Source: Bacteroidales bacterium | GTDB lineage: Bacteria > Bacteroidota > Bacteroidia > Bacteroidales > UBA1715 | DNA length: 64,000 bases | Assembly (NCBI GenBank): GCA_017552705.1 | Contig: JAFZOY010000028.1 | Coordinates: 12,752-76,751 of the forward strand | Reading direction: 5' to 3' | Shown: positions 9,946 through 20,065 of the stretch, piece by piece | Layout of the letters: each line of letters starts with the position of its first letter | Numbering within the stretch: position 1 is the first letter of the stretch | The notes under the pieces: generated by a model | Databases searched by the model: none | What the model saw: only the letters and a program-made list of their open reading frames with translations | Told to the model about the DNA's origin: nothing | Position numbers and translations under genes: made by a program

Positions 9946-11166
9946 ATGAAAAAAGTTTTTAAGTTTACGGTGATTGCACTTTGTGCATGCTTGTCTTTTT
10001 CTGCGTGTAAAAAAGACAAAGGTGGAAATGATGACGATGAGATTACAATCTCGAAAAAAACAGTTGAACAGAACAAAGCCGACCTCCAGCAAGCAGGTAT
10101 CAATTTATCGGACGAACTCAAGGCTATGAAAGATGGCGATGCGTTCAATGCGATTTTGCAACTTGCGAACCTTCAGAAAAATGGAGAATTGAAAGCATAC
10201 GCGCTTAAATCCGCTGATGTGGAGTCGAAGTTGAAAGGATACGAGATTCCTGATGAGTTTGCCCAAACAATTAGTGATGCTTCGGGTGTGTTTGAATGGA
10301 ACGCCGAAACTAAGGAATTTGAGCAGAAAGGCGAGTTGACGAATGCGGTGACTTACAAATTCCCATTTGATGCAAGTGCGAATGGCAACAACTGCGAAGT
10401 TAATGCGAAGGTTGATTTCTCAAGCAATTATAAAAATGCTCCTGCAAAAGTAACCAGCACTTTGAAAATCAACGGAAAGGAATGCTTGAATTTCACATTT
10501 ACTGCAAGTTACACAAACGATGGCTATCCAAATTCTATAGTTGAATCTTTCAAAATCGATGATTACTATTGCAACACGGAATTTTCACGTTCAACTTCAA
10601 AAATGTCGGTGAGCATTTCGTTTTTGCATGGCTCAAAAACATTGTTAGGCTGCTCTGGCTCGGTTGAAGGCGATTTGAGTGATGAAAATTTCGACAAGAT
10701 AATGAAAGATGATATTGAGGATGACGATGCATTTTATGCAAGCATTCTTAAGAAAATAGGTTATTCAGCACAAGTGATGAACTTTAAGTTTGTATCGTCT
10801 GTTTCAATGGAAGATTTAATTGCCATAGAAGACGACCTTGCAAAGGTAACATCTAAGGAAGACGTGCAAAAAATTGTAGACAAAGCAAACAATGATATTG
10901 ATGCCTATGTGTACAATATGTCCGACAACACAAAAATCGCAGATATTAAATTTGTTGTTGAAAAAGAAGATACTCGTTATTATGTCGAAGAGATGCCTTA
11001 TCCAGAAGGTGACGAATACACTGCTGAACTGAGATTGGTATTTGCCGATGAAACGTCAATGGATTTTGACGACTACTTTGAGAAAGGGTTCGAAAAAATG
11101 GAAGAATCATTCAACAAATTGTTAGATGATTATACTGCCGCATTGAGCAAATATGATTTGGATTAA
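9946..11166 (+). CDS. hypothetical lipoprotein
   Basis: Signal peptide with lipobox LSFSAC followed by KKDKGG. Acidic protein; I recognise no family. Confidence 0.6.
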   Translation: MKKVFKFTVIALCACLSFSACKKDKGGNDDDEITISKKTVEQNKADLQQAGINLSDELKAMKDGDAFNAILQLANLQKNGELKAYALKSADVESKLKGYEIPDEFAQTISDASGVFEWNAETKEFEQKGELTNAVTYKFPFDASANGNNCEVNAKVDFSSNYKNAPAKVTSTLKINGKECLNFTFTASYTNDGYPNSIVESFKIDDYYCNTEFSRSTSKMSVSISFLHGSKTLLGCSGSVEGDLSDENFDKIMKDDIEDDDAFYASILKKIGYSAQVMNFKFVSSVSMEDLIAIEDDLAKVTSKEDVQKIVDKANNDIDAYVYNMSDNTKIADIKFVVEKEDTRYYVEEMPYPEGDEYTAELRLVFADETSMDFDDYFEKGFEKMEESFNKLLDDYTAALSKYDLD

Positions 11167-11190
11167 CATTTTGTAGATGGAATACGGAAA

Positions 11191-11217
11191 GGTCGCTGAT
11201 TTTCAGCGGCCTTTTTT
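11191..11217. terminator. hairpin terminator between convergent genes
   Basis: GGTCGCTG (11191-11198) pairs with CAGCGGCC (11204-11211) with one G-U pair, followed by TTTTTT. An A-rich tract lies on the other side, so it could act in both directions. Confidence 0.6.
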
Positions 11218-12055
11218 ATTGTACCACAATTTGTTTCCGTACGCTGTTCATGCCTGTCCATACGCCCAAGCCTCCATTAATGTTTGATGGCAGGTTGGAA
11301 CCGTTTGAAAAGGGGTTGTTGTATTCAGTTTCGTTGTCGTATAGTAGCCAGAATTGTCCCGATTCCGCATCGATTGTCGCTGCTTTTATTGTAACTGTGT
11401 CACCCAACGAAAAATATGAAGTGGTTGAGGTATCCACTACATTTTCGGCACCGGCGTGCATTCCTACGGTTATTTGGGGCTCATAGGTTTCGTCGCTTAG
11501 CGTGGAGTTTTTTATAGGGTAAAAGGTTTTCTGTGATTGCGTGCGTGTGTAGAATTTGTAGTACGAAACAGCTTGTGGGTTTGCCTTGTCAAACGAAATA
11601 TACAGATTTCTGTGCACCGAATCATTTTCGATGGGTTCGCACCAGATGCTGTCGATTTCCACTTCGTTTTGCGGAATAGTTGCGACAGCGGTTATTGTGT
11701 CGCCACGGAAAATCACTTCAAGACGGTAGGTTTTTCCAGCTTCGCCGACTAAAAGCGATGAGGAATAGTAGTAAGGTGGAATGAGATTGTCGTCTTTTTT
11801 GAATGTAAGCACTTCGCGTTCGGTTTCGCTGCTAACCACAACTTTTGCATAGGAATTGATGAAATTTTGGTAACTCGATTCTCCTATTTCGTCGTCGAGC
11901 GAAAACGGGAATGTGAGGAACACTTTCGCTAATTGGTTTGTTTCGATGTAGCCCTCCACCACGACAGATGCTTTTTTTGACGGTGGTGTGAAGTCGTCCT
12001 TGCACGAAAGTAGGCACAGCACAGAAACAATCAATATTACAAATCTTTTTATCAT
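11216..12055 (-). CDS. DUF4249-like lipoprotein (partner of the upstream TonB-dependent receptor)
   Basis: Lipobox LLSC followed by KDDF. The size and the ATGA overlap with a CarboxypepD_reg-type TonB receptor match the usual DUF4249 arrangement in Bacteroidota. Confidence 0.55.
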   Translation of the reverse strand: MIKRFVILIVSVLCLLSCKDDFTPPSKKASVVVEGYIETNQLAKVFLTFPFSLDDEIGESSYQNFINSYAKVVVSSETEREVLTFKKDDNLIPPYYYSSSLLVGEAGKTYRLEVIFRGDTITAVATIPQNEVEIDSIWCEPIENDSVHRNLYISFDKANPQAVSYYKFYTRTQSQKTFYPIKNSTLSDETYEPQITVGMHAGAENVVDTSTTSYFSLGDTVTIKAATIDAESGQFWLLYDNETEYNNPFSNGSNLPSNINGGLGVWTGMNSVRKQIVVQ

Positions 12056-14328
12056 AGCAAGTGTAGATTTAGGGAAATGGACGGCAATATCGGAAACAAG
12101 CCAGTCGTTTCTTTGGCGATTTTATATGTTTGTGAATCTTCGGAAAACGTTGCGTCGTATGAGATGAAATATGGATTCATGCGGTTGTATGCGTTGTAGA
12201 TGGAAAATAGAATGTGGGCATCGAACAAATCTTTAATAAACCACTGATAGTCAGCACTTAAATCAAGCCTATGATAGGCAGGCATACGGGAATTGTTCAT
12301 TGGCCCGTAGTTGTGCACCAGTTTTCCTGCTATCAAATAAATTTCCGATAATTCGGAATATGTTTTCCCACTGATTAACACCCAATATGCGGCAAATTGC
12401 CATTTTTTAGATTTGGTGGTATAAGAAACTGAAACTGTGGCATCGTGTGGGCGGTCGAAAGTGGCTGGATACCAGTAATTTTCGTTTAACTCGGCAAACT
12501 TCCGCAACGTTCTTGAAAAAGAATATGCCGTCGACCATTGTAGTTGTCCTTGTTTTTTTGCCACCGCCATTTCAAATCCACTTGCGAAACCACTTCCTGT
12601 TGTTATTCTGTCATAGAAATTGTGGGTATATAAATCAAGGAAACTGTTTTTGAATTCCACTAAATTGTTCATGCGTTTATAGAATAGTCCCAATGAGGTT
12701 TCGTATGTGTTGTCGGAGAAATTGCGGAAGAATCCGATGCTGCACAGCAATCCTCGTTCCGGTCCCAGATGTTCGGATGCAGGAAACCATATGTCGGCAG
12801 GCAATGCGGACGATACCATTGACACCAGATGAAGGTTCTGTGTTTCGTGGGCGATAGAGGCTTTTACAGAGGCTTGCGACGAGAATAAGTAACATACTTG
12901 AAGTCTTGGACTGAGGGCGACATTCCAATAATCCAATGAGTCAGATTTGGAGTATAAAACACCTCGTAATCCGGCAACGAGATTCAGTCGGTCGGTCAGC
13001 TCAAGTTTGTCTTCGGCAAACAAGGAGAACTCGTTGGAAACACATTCGTCGGGATTTTCAATTTTCCGTTTCTCCGAATCAATTTTCAAGTCAATATCGC
13101 CCAACTTGAATTGCTGGGTGAGATTTTCAAAACCAAACGAAATCAAATTATTTGCTATCCGTTTGTTTGTCACGCTCCGCACGTCAAGATTTCTAATACC
13201 TGTTTCCGTGGTCAGGTCGTAATAATCCTGCGTCATGTTAAAGTAAAACTTGTATTTTGAGTATGAGACAGACGTTGAGGTAATGAAATTATGCTTGGAG
13301 GTGTGTAGCCAATTGCCGACCAGCGCGGTATTTCCCCATCGGACGATATTGTCTTGGGATGAAATCTTTTTCCGAGTCATTGCAAAATTATCATTCCCGA
13401 CATACGCAGATACTTTCAGCACGTTCCGAGAATTCAAGTCAAAGGAAATCATGCCGTTGGCATCGGAAAATCCAAGATGTGGAACATCGTCGTTCGGGAA
13501 AAACAATGTGTAAACCATGGGCAGAACCAACGTGTTCAAATATGATTTTCTCACTGAAAGTTGAGCCGCAATTTTCTTGTTGAGCGGAATATTGCACTTC
13601 AAACGGGAGGAAATAAGTCCCAGCGAAGCGTCGAACTCAACGTGGTCGGTTGACGGTTTCTGAGTGGAAATCTGCAATACGGAAGAGAGCCGACCTCCGT
13701 ATTTTGCGGGAACCCCCGATTTGTAAAGTCTTGCATTTTCAATTATGTCGGGATTGAATACCGAGAAAAAACCCAGCAAATGTGATGGATTATACACAAT
13801 TGCTTCGTCGAACACAATTAGATTTTGGTCTTGGCTACCTCCTCTGACATAGATTCCCTGCATTCCTTCGAATTGTTGCACGCCGGCATTCGAGGAAAAC
13901 GAGCGAATAACATCTTGTTCTCCCATCAGGGCGGGAAGCGACATTAGTTCCGCCTTGGAAAGAAACACTTCTTCGCGGGCAAGTGTGACATTCTCATCGT
14001 TTTTTTTGCTGGTGACCACCACTTCCTGCGTTTTATACGCGATAGGGTGCAGGCGGACCACCACTTTTTCGGAAGGTTTGCTGACGAATAGCACCGTGTC
14101 TTTATAACCAATAAAAGAAAAACTGACAGAATCAGGGATTTGCTTCATTTCGTAGGAAAGTTTCCCGTTTTCATCGGTGAGGTGGACATCGTTGTTGGTG
14201 AAAAACACCACTTGCGTGCCAGCCAATGGTTTTCGTGTTTCAGCATCAAACACTATTGCCGAAAATGGCCGCTGTCCCATTGATTGAAACGAAACAAACA
14301 AAAACAATATGTAAACAATCCGTTTCAC
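12052..14328 (-). CDS. TonB-dependent receptor with N-terminal carboxypeptidase-regulatory-like domain
   Basis: N-terminus FSAIVFDAETRKPLAGTQVVF (CarboxypepD_reg). Plug-like region (GVQQFEGMQGIYVRGGSQDQNLIVFDEAIVYNPSHLLGFFS). C-terminal beta-barrel ending in an aromatic-rich strand. GTG start at 14326-14328. Confidence 0.8.
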   Translation of the reverse strand: MKRIVYILFLFVSFQSMGQRPFSAIVFDAETRKPLAGTQVVFFTNNDVHLTDENGKLSYEMKQIPDSVSFSFIGYKDTVLFVSKPSEKVVVRLHPIAYKTQEVVVTSKKNDENVTLAREEVFLSKAELMSLPALMGEQDVIRSFSSNAGVQQFEGMQGIYVRGGSQDQNLIVFDEAIVYNPSHLLGFFSVFNPDIIENARLYKSGVPAKYGGRLSSVLQISTQKPSTDHVEFDASLGLISSRLKCNIPLNKKIAAQLSVRKSYLNTLVLPMVYTLFFPNDDVPHLGFSDANGMISFDLNSRNVLKVSAYVGNDNFAMTRKKISSQDNIVRWGNTALVGNWLHTSKHNFITSTSVSYSKYKFYFNMTQDYYDLTTETGIRNLDVRSVTNKRIANNLISFGFENLTQQFKLGDIDLKIDSEKRKIENPDECVSNEFSLFAEDKLELTDRLNLVAGLRGVLYSKSDSLDYWNVALSPRLQVCYLFSSQASVKASIAHETQNLHLVSMVSSALPADIWFPASEHLGPERGLLCSIGFFRNFSDNTYETSLGLFYKRMNNLVEFKNSFLDLYTHNFYDRITTGSGFASGFEMAVAKKQGQLQWSTAYSFSRTLRKFAELNENYWYPATFDRPHDATVSVSYTTKSKKWQFAAYWVLISGKTYSELSEIYLIAGKLVHNYGPMNNSRMPAYHRLDLSADYQWFIKDLFDAHILFSIYNAYNRMNPYFISYDATFSEDSQTYKIAKETTGLFPILPSISLNLHLL

Positions 14329-14330
14329 GT

Positions 14331-17300
14331 TTAGAAATCCAATCCCAAAGAAAATTGATTCATTTTCTGGACATTGCCTTCGTCGTAGCCCCAGCCAATA
14401 TCCAATCGAAGAAAATATCCATACACACGCGTTCGGAATCCGAATCCATACGAGCCGACAAATGGTTGCCGCATTTCGTCAATTTCCACTGTGATAGGTT
14501 CTTGGTTTATGATTGTATAGTTATATGCATTTTCTTTTGTGCCAGGAATCAGACCGCTCCAAGCGCCGCCCCAATCGGTAAATGCCACTATCTGGAAATT
14601 CTTTAGAATGTCGGATTTCAGAGGTTTTACAAAGCAATATTGAATGATTGGCCAACGAAGTTCCAAGTTTGCCACGGCAAATGAATTACCATTCCTGATA
14701 TTTTGTGAGAATCCACGCATGTTTGTTCCAATTGCCTGATACGCCCAATCGACGGTGTGGTCGTATTGAATGGCAGAATTGTAAGTCGGGAATTTTCCGA
14801 ACAAATTAATCCAATTGTCAACGGCTCCTAAATAATACAACAGCGGCGAGGTTCCAAACGAGGAACTGAAAGCGACACGGGCGGCCAAAATCAGGTTTTT
14901 ATGAATTTTCTGGTAATGCCGTAGGTCAAAACCGAACACGCATAAGTACGAATCCTCTTTGTTAAGTTGGGCAAAGCCTTCGGCAAACACTTTTGAGCGG
15001 GTGCCTTCGTAAATATTCAACGCCCGGTTTCGCACATTGTCGAACACGTAATTGCACGAAACACCAACCCAAAATTCATCGACAGTCGGTTCGTTAAGCG
15101 ATTTCATGTCTGTGGCGAGGGTAATATTCCGAACATAGCGGAAATTCGGATTCACCGACACGGAATGAACCTGCGTGATAGGGTAGGTATAGCGGCACAG
15201 GAAATTATTGTCCTGAATCCGTGCGAAATATCGGGAAGAATTCGAGCCATACGTCAACCCTGACTGACGATGGAAAATATATTGACGGTCAAGACGTTTT
15301 CGTAGATTTTCCACAGAAAGAAGATATTCGTTTGTCCCAAGCGAGCCCGTGAAACGATAGGCTCCCGTTAGGCGGTAGTCTTCGAACAAATCGATGATGC
15401 CAAGTTTCATTAACAAATTCAATTTTCGGGTATAGTCGTATTCTCCGCCCGTAAATTCCTGATAGCCAGTGTTTATAAAATTAAAGTCAAGTTGGTTGAC
15501 CAATTTATTCACATAAAAGTTAGTTTTATACAAATTGGCGGCTTCGCGTTTGTAGGTTGAGGTGTCGATAGTTGGCAGCTCAACAGAATCCATGTCCGTT
15601 TTTTCAAAATCGGAAGCGGTAAAATCCGACACGTTGAATATCCTGCGATTCTTGTTTTTGGCGAGTTTGAGCAATGAGCCGTCAGACAGGGCAATGTCGG
15701 AGACTTCGGTTTCGTTGCCTCGATAGCGCATGTCGGTCGTGAAATAGGAATAGTGGAACGCGGTATCTACAAAACTCACTGCGCTATCGGTTGCAATGGC
15801 GTAGATATTTGTACCTTGCTGATTTTCTGAAATATACGCATAATTGCCAGGGGCAAATTCAATCGGTTTCAAATCGTTCGACGAAGAATGTTTCAGTCGT
15901 TCCAAACGCTTTCCCGACAGCAAAAACAAATCGTAGGAGGGAAGTGTTTTTCCTTGTGGATTATCTAAAAGCGTGTCGGCACGGTTCGACGAAAAGATGA
16001 TTTTTTCTCCATTTTTCACAAATGACGGATAGCGGTCGTCGGCAATATCATTGGTGAGTTGTTCGTTGTCGAACGTGTGCATGTAATATACGAAAATGTC
16101 GGTTTGTCCGGCCTGTACGCCCGAGAAAACTAACTTTGAACCATCGTCGGAATACGAAAAATCGAGAACTTTGTCGAAGTGGTGGAATTTCCGTACAACC
16201 GTTTCATTATCGTCGCAATTGTAGATGGCAAGCCACAATAAGCCATTTTTTTCATACAAATAGGTGAGTGCATGTATTGTTGGATGCCACTGGATTACAG
16301 GGAAGGAATAATCGGTAATTTGCTCTATAACAGAACCAAATCCAAAAATTTTCTTGTTTTTCCCCGATTCAAAATCATATATCCAGATGCCAACTTTGCC
16401 ACTTTTATTGGTGACGTACGCCATTTTCGTTGCGTCGAAATTCAAATCGATTGCCGACACAACACGTTTCGTCAGGCGTTTGGGAACAGAAACGGTTTGC
16501 TCGAGAGGCTCAGTCTTCACAGCGGAGGAAGAATAAAAATCCGCCATTTCAGCCAAAAGCATTTGTAAATCCTTTCCAAGTACATATTGGAACGCCGCAT
16601 CGATGTCTTCGGTCAATTTGCTCATATACAATATGTTGGAGATGATTTTGTCGCCATATTTTTGCCCAATGTAATTCCATAGCGCATGTCCAACCACAAT
16701 CGCATCGGTTCCATACAGCACAGAAACCTTTTTGTAGGATCCTTTTTCAATTTGACGTAAAATCAGTTGTTCCTTTTCGTGGTTCCAACTATTGGAAAAA
16801 TATTCAGTCATTCCATCGAAAAACCATTCCGGATATTGGGCAAGCGATGCTGTTGAAAGCATTTTCCGATAGGAACCAACACCATACAGGAATTCGCTCA
16901 TCATCACTTCGGCGATTCCCTTACGGATTTGTCGGTTCAGGTCGCCATGGTCGCCCGAAAAATACAGAACCACTTTATTATCAACAATCTGCACAGTTCC
17001 GCCAACATTATAATCGCTTTCCGAAGTGGAAAAACCAATGTTGCTTTGCCGAAAGTCGCCCAACGTGTTATACACCACATATACGATTCGTCGGGAATAT
17101 TCAAACTCAAAAAGTCTTTTTAGTTCGGCATAATTGGAATCAACGTTGTGCAACACATATTCCGCAATTTTCCGCCCACCTTTGTCAAAATACACGTCGA
17201 AATTCTCGTGGCGGAAATAAAACCAGAATTTTTCGTCGTATTGAATCCGATTTTTCCCGAAATCTTGTTGATAGCCGTTGTAGAATTGGGCGTACGAAAG

Positions 17301-17366
17301 TTGTCCGTACAACACTAATACGAAGACGGGAATTATTTTTTTTATTGTTGAAAAAAGCGAATCCAC
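14331..17366 (-). CDS. large outer-membrane protein: TolB-like beta-propeller repeats plus C-terminal Omp85/BamA-type beta-barrel
   Basis: Signal peptide ending YAQ. WD40-like/TolB-type segments (DDRYPSFVKNGEKIIFSSNR). The C-terminus GYFLRLDIGWGYDEG...FSLGLDF is typical of surface-antigen (D15) barrels. GTG start. The stop lies 2 nt before the TonB-receptor start. Confidence 0.6.
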   Translation of the reverse strand: MDSLFSTIKKIIPVFVLVLYGQLSYAQFYNGYQQDFGKNRIQYDEKFWFYFRHENFDVYFDKGGRKIAEYVLHNVDSNYAELKRLFEFEYSRRIVYVVYNTLGDFRQSNIGFSTSESDYNVGGTVQIVDNKVVLYFSGDHGDLNRQIRKGIAEVMMSEFLYGVGSYRKMLSTASLAQYPEWFFDGMTEYFSNSWNHEKEQLILRQIEKGSYKKVSVLYGTDAIVVGHALWNYIGQKYGDKIISNILYMSKLTEDIDAAFQYVLGKDLQMLLAEMADFYSSSAVKTEPLEQTVSVPKRLTKRVVSAIDLNFDATKMAYVTNKSGKVGIWIYDFESGKNKKIFGFGSVIEQITDYSFPVIQWHPTIHALTYLYEKNGLLWLAIYNCDDNETVVRKFHHFDKVLDFSYSDDGSKLVFSGVQAGQTDIFVYYMHTFDNEQLTNDIADDRYPSFVKNGEKIIFSSNRADTLLDNPQGKTLPSYDLFLLSGKRLERLKHSSSNDLKPIEFAPGNYAYISENQQGTNIYAIATDSAVSFVDTAFHYSYFTTDMRYRGNETEVSDIALSDGSLLKLAKNKNRRIFNVSDFTASDFEKTDMDSVELPTIDTSTYKREAANLYKTNFYVNKLVNQLDFNFINTGYQEFTGGEYDYTRKLNLLMKLGIIDLFEDYRLTGAYRFTGSLGTNEYLLSVENLRKRLDRQYIFHRQSGLTYGSNSSRYFARIQDNNFLCRYTYPITQVHSVSVNPNFRYVRNITLATDMKSLNEPTVDEFWVGVSCNYVFDNVRNRALNIYEGTRSKVFAEGFAQLNKEDSYLCVFGFDLRHYQKIHKNLILAARVAFSSSFGTSPLLYYLGAVDNWINLFGKFPTYNSAIQYDHTVDWAYQAIGTNMRGFSQNIRNGNSFAVANLELRWPIIQYCFVKPLKSDILKNFQIVAFTDWGGAWSGLIPGTKENAYNYTIINQEPITVEIDEMRQPFVGSYGFGFRTRVYGYFLRLDIGWGYDEGNVQKMNQFSLGLDF

Positions 17367-17393
17367 AATACAGATTTACAAACGATTAAATTC

Positions 17394-17401
17394 TATCTTT
17401 G
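17394..17401 (+). promoter_or_regulatory. -7 promoter box TATCTTTG upstream of thyA
   Basis: TAnnTTTG consensus 22 nt upstream of the ATG at 17423. Confidence 0.5.
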
Positions 17402-17422
17402 CAAAAATAGAATTTTCAGAGT

Positions 17423-18217
17423 ATGAAACAATACTTGGACTTAGTTAAAAAGATTCTTGATGAAGGTACTCCCAAGGAAGACCGCACAGGAACGGGCACA
17501 ATCAGCCTATTTGGGTACCAAATGCGCTTCGACCTTCAGAAAGGTTTTCCGTTGTTGACGACGAAAAAATTGTACACTCGCGCCATTTTCCACGAACTGC
17601 TTTGGTTTTTGAAAGGCGACACTAACATCAAATATCTTCACGACAACAACGTGACGATTTGGGACGAATGGGCTGACGAAAACGGCGACCTTGGCCCCGT
17701 TTACGGCTATCAGTGGCGGCATTGGCCCACGTACGACGGCGGCGAAGTTGACCAAATAAAACAGTTGGTTGACCAAATCAAGACAAACCCCGATTCGCGC
17801 CGACTGATTCTCAGTTCGTGGAACGCGGCTATGGTGAATGACATGGCTTTGCCACCGTGCCACACGCTGTTTCAGTTCTACGTGGCAAACGGGAAACTTT
17901 CGTGCCAATTGTACCAGCGCAGTGCCGATTTATTCCTCGGAGTGCCGTTCAACATTGCGTCGTATGCGCTTCTTACCCACATGATTGCGCAAGTGTGCGG
18001 TTTGCAGGTTGGTGAATTTATCCACACATTCGGCGATGTGCATATCTACAAAAACCACATTGAACAATGCAAGTTGCAGCTCACTCGCGAACCTCGCGAA
18101 CTTCCGACGCTGAAACTCAATCCGAACGTGACAGATTTGTTCGAATTCAAATACGAAGACATTGAAATTCTTAACTATAATCCGCATCCCCACATTAAAG
18201 GTGAGGTTTCGGTGTAA
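17423..18217 (+). CDS. thyA: thymidylate synthase
   Basis: 264 aa with DRTGTGT, the LPPCH active-site cysteine context and [21 protein letters not shown], all canonical ThyA. Confidence 0.97.
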   Translation: MKQYLDLVKKILDEGTPKEDRTGTGTISLFGYQMRFDLQKGFPLLTTKKLYTRAIFHELLWFLKGDTNIKYLHDNNVTIWDEWADENGDLGPVYGYQWRHWPTYDGGEVDQIKQLVDQIKTNPDSRRLILSSWNAAMVNDMALPPCHTLFQFYVANGKLSCQLYQRSADLFLGVPFNIASYALLTHMIAQVCGLQVGEFIHTFGDVHIYKNHIEQCKLQLTREPRELPTLKLNPNVTDLFEFKYEDIEILNYNPHPHIKGEVSV

Positions 18218-18229
18218 AACTTTTATAAC

Positions 18230-18532
18230 ATGGTAAAACACATTATTTTATGGCAGTTGAAGGATGAACTTTCCGATGCCGAAAAACAAGCAGCAAAACA
18301 AGGTATTAAAGAAGGTTTGGAAGGATTGGCTGGAAAAATTCCGGGACTAATCTCAATTAAAGTAAACATCAACGGATTGGCATCGTCGAATGCCGACGTG
18401 ATGCTCGACAGCACACTCGCCGACGAAGCAAGTTTGAAAGGTTACGCCGTTCATCCTGAACACGTTGCGGTTGCTGAGACAAAAGTGAAACCGTTCACAA
18501 AAACAAGAACGTGCCTGGATTTTGAAGCATAG
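18230..18532 (+). CDS. Dabb (stress-responsive alpha/beta-barrel) family protein
   Basis: About 100 aa. MVKHIILWQLKD... and YAVHPEHVAV are typical of Dabb domains. Confidence 0.7.
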   Translation: MVKHIILWQLKDELSDAEKQAAKQGIKEGLEGLAGKIPGLISIKVNINGLASSNADVMLDSTLADEASLKGYAVHPEHVAVAETKVKPFTKTRTCLDFEA

Positions 18533-18538
18533 CGAGGT

Positions 18539-18943
18539 ATGAAACCGTACATTCACAGCGTAAACTACTACGAAACCGACAAAATGGGCGTAACGCACCA
18601 TTCAAACTACATTCGGTTTATGGAGGAGGCACGCATAGACTTTTTGAATCAGCTTGGTTACGGGTTCGAAAAATTGGAAGCCGACGGAATTGTGTCGCCT
18701 GTAACGGCGGTTACGTTTGATTACAAGCGGGCTACCACGTTCCCTCAGGAAATCAGCATTGAACTTTCGGTGGAAAAATGTTCCGCGGTTAAATTGGTGC
18801 TTGGCTACACAATGTCGGTTGATTCAAAAGTGGTGGGCACAGGAACGAGTACGCATTGTTTCCTGGAAAATGGGAAATTGGTTTCGTTGGAAACTCGTTA
18901 TCCTGAATTGTATAAGATACTTAAAGAAATGGAAACCAAATAG
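18539..18943 (+). CDS. acyl-CoA thioesterase, hotdog fold (YbgC/4HBT-like)
   Basis: VNYYETDKMGVTHHSNYIRFMEEAR is the catalytic-Asp N-terminal motif of 4HBT-class thioesterases. Confidence 0.75.
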   Translation: MKPYIHSVNYYETDKMGVTHHSNYIRFMEEARIDFLNQLGYGFEKLEADGIVSPVTAVTFDYKRATTFPQEISIELSVEKCSAVKLVLGYTMSVDSKVVGTGTSTHCFLENGKLVSLETRYPELYKILKEMETK

Positions 18944-18945
18944 TT

Positions 18946-19452
18946 ATGAAGATTTCTATTATTGTGGCAATATCCGACAACAATGTGATTGGAAAAGACA
19001 ATGCCCTGCTGTGGCGTTTGTCCGCCGACATGCGTTTTTTTAAAGAAAAAACAACGGGACACCACATCATAATGGGACGGAAAACCTTTGAGTCGCTTGG
19101 AAACAGATTGCTTCCCAGCCGTACGTCCATTGTCATTTCAAGAAATGCTGACTATCAACTTCCCGAAGGAGGAATTTTGGCGACATCGATTGAGAACGCC
19201 ATTGCAAAAGTAAAAAACGAGACGGAGGCATTTTTCATCGGAGGAGAACAAATTTACAAATCGGCTCTGCCATTCGTTGATACTCTGTACATTACACGCG
19301 TACACCATACATTTGACGGCGATGCGTTTTTCCCCGAAATTGACAAATCACAGTGGAAATTAGTCAGTTCCGAACACCATAAAGCAGACGAAAAAAACGA
19401 ATACGATTATACATTTGAAGAATATACACGGAAACCATGCACATTCTTGTAG
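18946..19452 (+). CDS. folA: dihydrofolate reductase
   Basis: ISIIVAISDNNVIGKDNALLWRLSADMRFFKEKTTGHHIIMGRKTFESL is the canonical DHFR N-terminus; 168 aa. Confidence 0.93.
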   Translation: MKISIIVAISDNNVIGKDNALLWRLSADMRFFKEKTTGHHIIMGRKTFESLGNRLLPSRTSIVISRNADYQLPEGGILATSIENAIAKVKNETEAFFIGGEQIYKSALPFVDTLYITRVHHTFDGDAFFPEIDKSQWKLVSSEHHKADEKNEYDYTFEEYTRKPCTFL

Positions 19453-20060
19453 TATTTCCATCGGGCTTAGAAGCGAAAAACTTTGAAGTTGATTCAAAGC
19501 ACTCGGTTGAGGTGCTTGTTTCTGGCGTGGGTGGATTTGCCACAATGTATTCTCTTTCAAAATATTGCGCTTTGCAAAAGCCCGACTACATTATTCATGC
19601 AGGCATTTGCGGAACCTTCGACGAAACGCTTGCCATTGGCGATGTGGTTGACGTGATGATTGACCATTTTGCTGATTTTGGCGTGCTGGAAAATGGGCAG
19701 TGGAAAACAGGTTTCGACCTGAAATTAGTGAGCGGACACAAAAAACCGTTCTCCGATGGGCAGCTGGTCGCACCAAACAATGATTTTGCCGATGTGCCAA
19801 AGGTTGTTGCCGTAACTTCGCAGACAATCACCACAACGACGGAACAGAAAAAGCGGCTGCTCAATACGTTTCATCCCAGCATAGAAACAATGGAAGGCGC
19901 TTTTGTGCATTATGTTTGTTTGCAGGAAGATATTCCTTTTGTACATTTACGTGCAGTTTCCAATGTTGTGGGCGAGCGCGACAAGTCGAAATGGAACATA
20001 AAATTGGCAATTGAAAATCTGCACAATGAGATTATAAACGTAATTCTATCAATTGATTAG
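19437..20060 (+). CDS. nucleoside phosphorylase-fold protein, futalosine hydrolase (MqnB)-like
   Basis: About 207 aa. MHILVVFPSGLEAKNF..., GICGTFD, and METMEGAFVHYVC resemble MTA/SAH-nucleosidase/MqnB motifs. The start overlaps the folA end by 16 nt. Confidence 0.5.
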   Translation: MHILVVFPSGLEAKNFEVDSKHSVEVLVSGVGGFATMYSLSKYCALQKPDYIIHAGICGTFDETLAIGDVVDVMIDHFADFGVLENGQWKTGFDLKLVSGHKKPFSDGQLVAPNNDFADVPKVVAVTSQTITTTTEQKKRLLNTFHPSIETMEGAFVHYVCLQEDIPFVHLRAVSNVVGERDKSKWNIKLAIENLHNEIINVILSID

Positions 20061-20065
20061 GCTCT

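Noticed and set aside
16847-17389. 180-aa plus-strand ORF
   Set aside because: It is antisense to the 5' part of the 1011-aa outer-membrane gene and runs into the thyA promoter. The translation is arginine-rich and featureless.
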